In this document: positions 59,403 through 64,000 of the stretch, piece by piece
Position numbering within the stretch: the first letter of the stretch is position 1
How the letters are laid out: each line of letters starts with the position of its first letter
Assembly: GCF_009914755.1 (NCBI RefSeq)
Contig: NC_060942.1
Origin: the human T2T-CHM13v2.0 reference genome, Homo sapiens
Length of the DNA: 64,000 nucleotides
Reading direction: 5' to 3' (one strand)
Notes under the pieces: generated by a model
Seen by the model: only the letters and a program-made list of their open reading frames with translations
The model's database searches: none
Told to the model about the DNA's origin: nothing
Made by a program: the position numbers and the translations under genes

Positions 59403-60649
59403 ACATACATTTCCATGCAAATGTGCTTGAGAAAATAGCATACAACACATTATGTAAACATATTTAGAATGAATAAACACACTCAGCTAAATTTTCAAAC
59501 ATCTGTTCAGAGCTCACGGCAGTAGCCGCAATTTGCATACCTAACTGTTTTAAACAGGTCCTAATTTTGCCCTCCATATTATTAGATTATAGTAACCTTT
59601 AAACTCCAAAATGCATAACTTTTATGGTACAGATGATGCTAATTAGCATTTATAAAATTCAACTTCACTGCCTTTTAGCTTTTGACTTCCTTCACTGTTT
59701 TCTGTTAGAGAGAAGAGCACACAGCAGTGTCTATGATTGGGGGGAAGCTTTTATGCATCTTCCAACTGGATTCATGCGTTATCAAGAAAAGAATTGAGAC
59801 TTGAATTACTTGCATAACTGTGCTTCTAGCCATATACAAATGCAGAACTTCTAACCTCAAGATGCATATTATACCCCCTTACTGGCATAAACCTGCCATC
59901 GCTTGTAGTTTACATATCCTGGAGTTCAAAAAATAGTGTAATCCCAGGTTTTTGTTTGTTTTGTTTTCTATTTTTATGTAGCATGACCTTCTACAGTCTC
60001 TATCAGTTTCTGCCAAAAGTCACATAAATACATAACACATGGTCTCAGTAAAAATACTATGGTTAATTTGAAAGCAAAGTTTCAGAACAAGCGCCATAGC
60101 TTTCCATTCAAACAGATTAATGAAGTTGGTCCATCTTATAAAGAAATTGTGGAGGAGACAAGGCAAAGATTCATTTGTTTTCTTTAATAAGATCTGTTTT
60201 TAGAAGATATTATTTGTATAAGAGTTACAAAAACTAGTTAAAAAACAAAAATAAATGATTTTTACATACTCTCTTTTCTTGTACCTGTGCTTAAAGAAAA
60301 CTGCATTTCTGATTTGTGAACCTTGCATATGTGGGTATTTCTTCCAAAATCCAGTTGCATCTTTAAAAAAATAATGAATGAAATAAACCTTATAACCAAT
60401 TAAAGATAATTATTCAAATTATTTCTGGTAAAGTCAAATGCATTCATTCATTTATCCACTCATTAAATATATAATAACTCAACCTAATACTCCACTTGTC
60501 CCTAGAGATGTGGTGCTTAAGTACATAGATACAGTCTTAGTTTCACAAAACTTGCAATCTAAGAGGGGATACAAACAAAAGACAATTAAAATATGTGTGG
60601 TCATTCTACGATAGAGAACTATCAAAAATTAAAATTTGTTACCAACATT

Positions 60650-61292
60650 GGTAGGTATTCATTGATTAAAGATGACTGAACATTCATTTTTTCTTTCATT
60701 GTGAGGTGGAATCTAATATCTGCCCCTTGAATAACTGGTGAACTCTAGAAACTGCTTGTAATTGATCTGATAACACGGAAGTAATGCTATGCTAATACGA
60801 GTTCCCAGGATTTTTATATATATATATGTATATATATTTATAATATTATAAATACATATTTATTATATACAATATATAACATATATAAATGTATAATATT
60901 CATATATTTAATATATAATAAATACATCATATTATAAATATATATACATATATATGTATATATATAGCATCTAGTCCTGTTTCATGCCACACTGGCTCTA
61001 GGGGAAGCCACACCCTATATAAGACTTGTCACTACAATGAGAACACCATGCTGGGGAGGCCGCCGGTAGGCATTCTAGTGAGAGATCAAGTTGAGCCCAG
61101 CCTGTAGGTGCTCTGCAAATGTGCCAGATGTGTGTGCAAAGCCCTCTACATGCCTCCAAACCATCCCATGTACGGAACTAATGCCACACACGATCTGAGT
61201 CATTGACAAATAGATTCATAAAATGTAATGAAATGACTGTTTTGTTTTGTTTTTTCCTCGTTTTGAAATAGTCTGTGTAACTAATCTAAAAC
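60650..61292 (+). mobile_element. MLT1G/H-like LTR interrupted by an AT-rich tract (60812-60965)
   Basis: GAGGTGGAATCTAAT...CCCCTTGAAT...GGAAGTAATGCTATGC; CACCATGCTGGGGAGGCC. Confidence 0.55.
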
Positions 61293-61591
61293 AATTTACC
61301 TGCAATTGTGGTGCCATTGTAACTAAAATTAAAATACACGACATTGGCTTTGGGACTAGATGACAAACAGAAGCTAGAATAGCCTACAAGAGCCCGGCCC
61401 TAAAAGCTGCAAAGCCTCAGGGAATTCTTGGTGAGAGCTGAAAAGACAGAGATGATATTGTTATTAGAAAATGGGCAGAAGGTTTGGTAACACAGTTATC
61501 TTTGGTCACACATATAATAGACAATACACTTAATATCCTGGTTGAATTTTGCTAAGAAGCCTGTCACAGAGAATGTTGAAAATGCTAAATA

Positions 61592-62931
61592 CAGTCACGG
61601 GTTCCATAACAACATTTTGGTCAACAAGAGACCATATATACCATGGCCCCTTGCGATGATAATGCAGCTGAAAATTTCCTATTCCCTAGTGACTTTGTAG
61701 CCATCTAAAAGTCATAGCACAATGCATGGCTCATGTATTTGTGGTGCTGCTGGTGTAAACAAACTTGTTGCATTGCCAGACATGTAACAGTATAACATAT
61801 ACAATTATGCATAGCACAGAACACTTGATAATGCTAATAAACGGCTATGTTGCTGGTTTATGTGTTTGCTGTACTATACTTGTCACTGTTATTTTAGAGT
61901 ATAGTGTTTCCACTTAATTAAAAAAGCTAACTGGAAAACAGCCTCAGGCAGGTCCTTCAGCAGGTATCCAGAAGACATCATTATTGGAGATGACAGCTCC
62001 ATGTATGAGAGTAGCCCTAAGGGTCTTCTAATGGGACAAGATATGGAGGTGGAAGACAGTGTTATTGATGACCCTGACATTGTGAAAGCCAAGGCTAATC
62101 TGTCTGTGACTTAGTTTTTAACCAAAAAAAAAAATTTTAAGTAAAAAAAATTCCAAAATTAAAAATAGCTTATGGAATAAAGATAAGGAAAGAGGCCTGG
62201 CACGGTGGCTCACGCCTGTAATCCCAGCAGTTTGAGAGGCCAAGGCGGGTGGATCACAAGGTCAGGAGATAGAGACCATCCTGGCTAACACGGTGAAACC
62301 CCGTCTCTACTAAAAATACAAAAAAGAAAGAAAATATTTTTGTACACCTGTACAATGTGTTTGTGTTTTAAGCTAAGTGTTATTACAAGAGGCAAAAGTT
62401 AAAAAAATTAAAAATTTATAAAGAAAAAATGCTACAGTAAGATAAGGTGACTTTATTATTGAAGAAATAATTTTTAAAAATAAATTGAGTGTAGCCTAAG
62501 GGTACGGTGTTTATAAAGTCTACAGTAGAGTGGACGGTAATGCCCTGGGCCACCGCATTTGCTCTACACTCACTCGCTGACTCACTCAGAGCAAATTCTG
62601 CCCTGCAAGCTCCATTCATGGTAAGTGCACTATATATGTGTCCTATTTTTTTTCTTTATACCACATTTTTACTGTACCTTTTCTATATTTAGGTACGTTT
62701 AGATACACAAAAACTTACCATTGTGTTACAATTGCCTGCAGTAATCAGTATAGTCATGTGCCACACAAGTTTGTAGACTCTGAGTGATAGACTATATCAT
62801 ATAGCCTACATGTGCAGTAGGGTGTAACTTCTGAGTTTGTGTCAGTACAACCTCTGATGTTCAGACAACAACAAAATTGCCTAATGATACATTTCTCATA
62901 ATGTATCTCATCTTTAAATGATAGGTGACTG
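61592..62931. mobile_element. Tigger3b/MER7 (Golem) DNA transposon
   Basis: TA|CAGTCAC...ATAACAACATTTTGGTCAAC ... AATGATACATTTCTCA...GTGACTG; internal ACAGCCTCAGGCAGGTCCTTCAG. Confidence 0.85.
62194..62325 (+). mobile_element. AluY left monomer only
   Basis: GAGACCATCCTGGCTAACACGGTG (Y diagnostic); ends at the linker; TSD-like AAGGAAAGA/AAAGAAAGA. Confidence 0.85.
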
Positions 62932-64000
62932 GAGTTATTTTAGGCATACATGAGAAGGTTTGGTTAAAAAATTGTCCAAAATAAAATAATTATTCAGTTT
63001 TAAGCAGAATTTGGAAGAAATATAAAGGATCCAGGAATTACCGGGATCAAATTAAAACTTTTCTGATCCCCAGTTTCTTCTTTAACAAATCTTTCAAGTA
63101 AGAGACAAGACAGAGATCAAGACCAGAGCATTCACAATAAAGCACTGACTAAAGTTTAAGATCTCAACAGTGTGACTTGAAGAAACCATATTGTGACTTC
63201 AAAGAACATTTAAGGGAAAATCTAGTTGGGTTTCTAAGAATATTAGGTACGTGCTTACCAGACCCATTTTAAATAGACAAAAAGGCTTCTATAAATTTCA
63301 AGTGTGATGTTACCCCAGTAAAATGATTCTCAGCACAATGTATAAAAGAGTCTAGATTTAAACGAAATATGAGTGTGACTTTTATCTAATGAATTAAATG
63401 ATCATTCTATTCACAGAAATATAATAAAATTTTAAAGTAAATGATACTATTTGAATGAAAAAGACTGAGGCTGTATAATGAAAAAAATGACTTTGTACTC
63501 TCAAAATTGTACAAATAGAATGGAGGCAGAGAAAACTACTCAGCTTTAAATCCAAGTCAGACAGTGAAACCAAGAGCCTGGAGAAAAGAGGCATAAACCA
63601 CAGAGAGTATTTTCCAGGCAGCAGTACTGGGACCTATTCAAGAACCTGGCACCATGTGCCTGGTAATTTTCAAAATTTCTATGAACCATTAATGACTATA
63701 TGTCTTTTATTTTTCCCTTTCTGAATGGAAATATCTATTATGTTTTCCTACAGGTGTCTCATTTTTATTTAGTAGATGTATGGGGGTTGGAGAAGATATT
63801 ATGTATCTCTACACTTTGCAGGTCTCGGTTCAAGAGAAACTGTATTTAAGAAACTGAACCTAAGAAAACATACAGAGGTAATCTTGTGCCTATCTGAAAA
63901 TGTTATCCATATTACTATTCTAAAATTTTTGCCAATGCTATACTGAAATGGTTACTTAGAAGAGAGTATATATGTTGTATTTTCAGAGCTTAACAAGTCA

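Larger units (their letters stand above)
61293..63980 (+). mobile_element. MLT1 internal region, split by Tigger3
   Basis: TTGGCTTTGGGACTAGATG after the LTR; ATTTTCCAGGCAGCAG...CCCTTTCTGAATGGAAAT near the window end. Confidence 0.5.

Noticed and set aside
60812-60965. AT-only tract with quasi-palindromic character
   Set aside because: Degenerate (TA)n expansion; its symmetry is expected from composition

Overview
AT-rich, CpG-poor primate (human-like) genomic DNA with no recognisable cellular protein-coding or RNA gene. All long ORFs come from LINE-1 elements or from Alu and low-complexity sequence. The window is a layered record of transposon insertions; family and subfamily names below come from recalled consensus sequences and were not checked by search. 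Main observations: (1) a full-length, inactivated L1PA2-like element (15215-21259) carries a ~390-bp 3' transduction with at least two tiers. It sits inside an LTR12F solo LTR, which itself sits inside an old L1M. (2) This nesting places the L1 antisense ORF0, which is still open, directly upstream of the LTR's poly(A) signal. (3) An Alu plus a twin-primed, 5'-inverted L1PA5-like element lie inside a single 15-bp TSD pair (38017-40431). (4) Both young L1 copies carry the same FADD->FADE change at the RT catalytic motif, which may reflect local gene conversion. (5) A 79-bp segment is duplicated 1.9 kb apart. (6) A ~93-nt hairpin or ancient MITE at 59310-59402 lies within a cluster of POU/octamer motifs. 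Two splice-site-bounded candidate exons are weak evidence for a + strand transcript.
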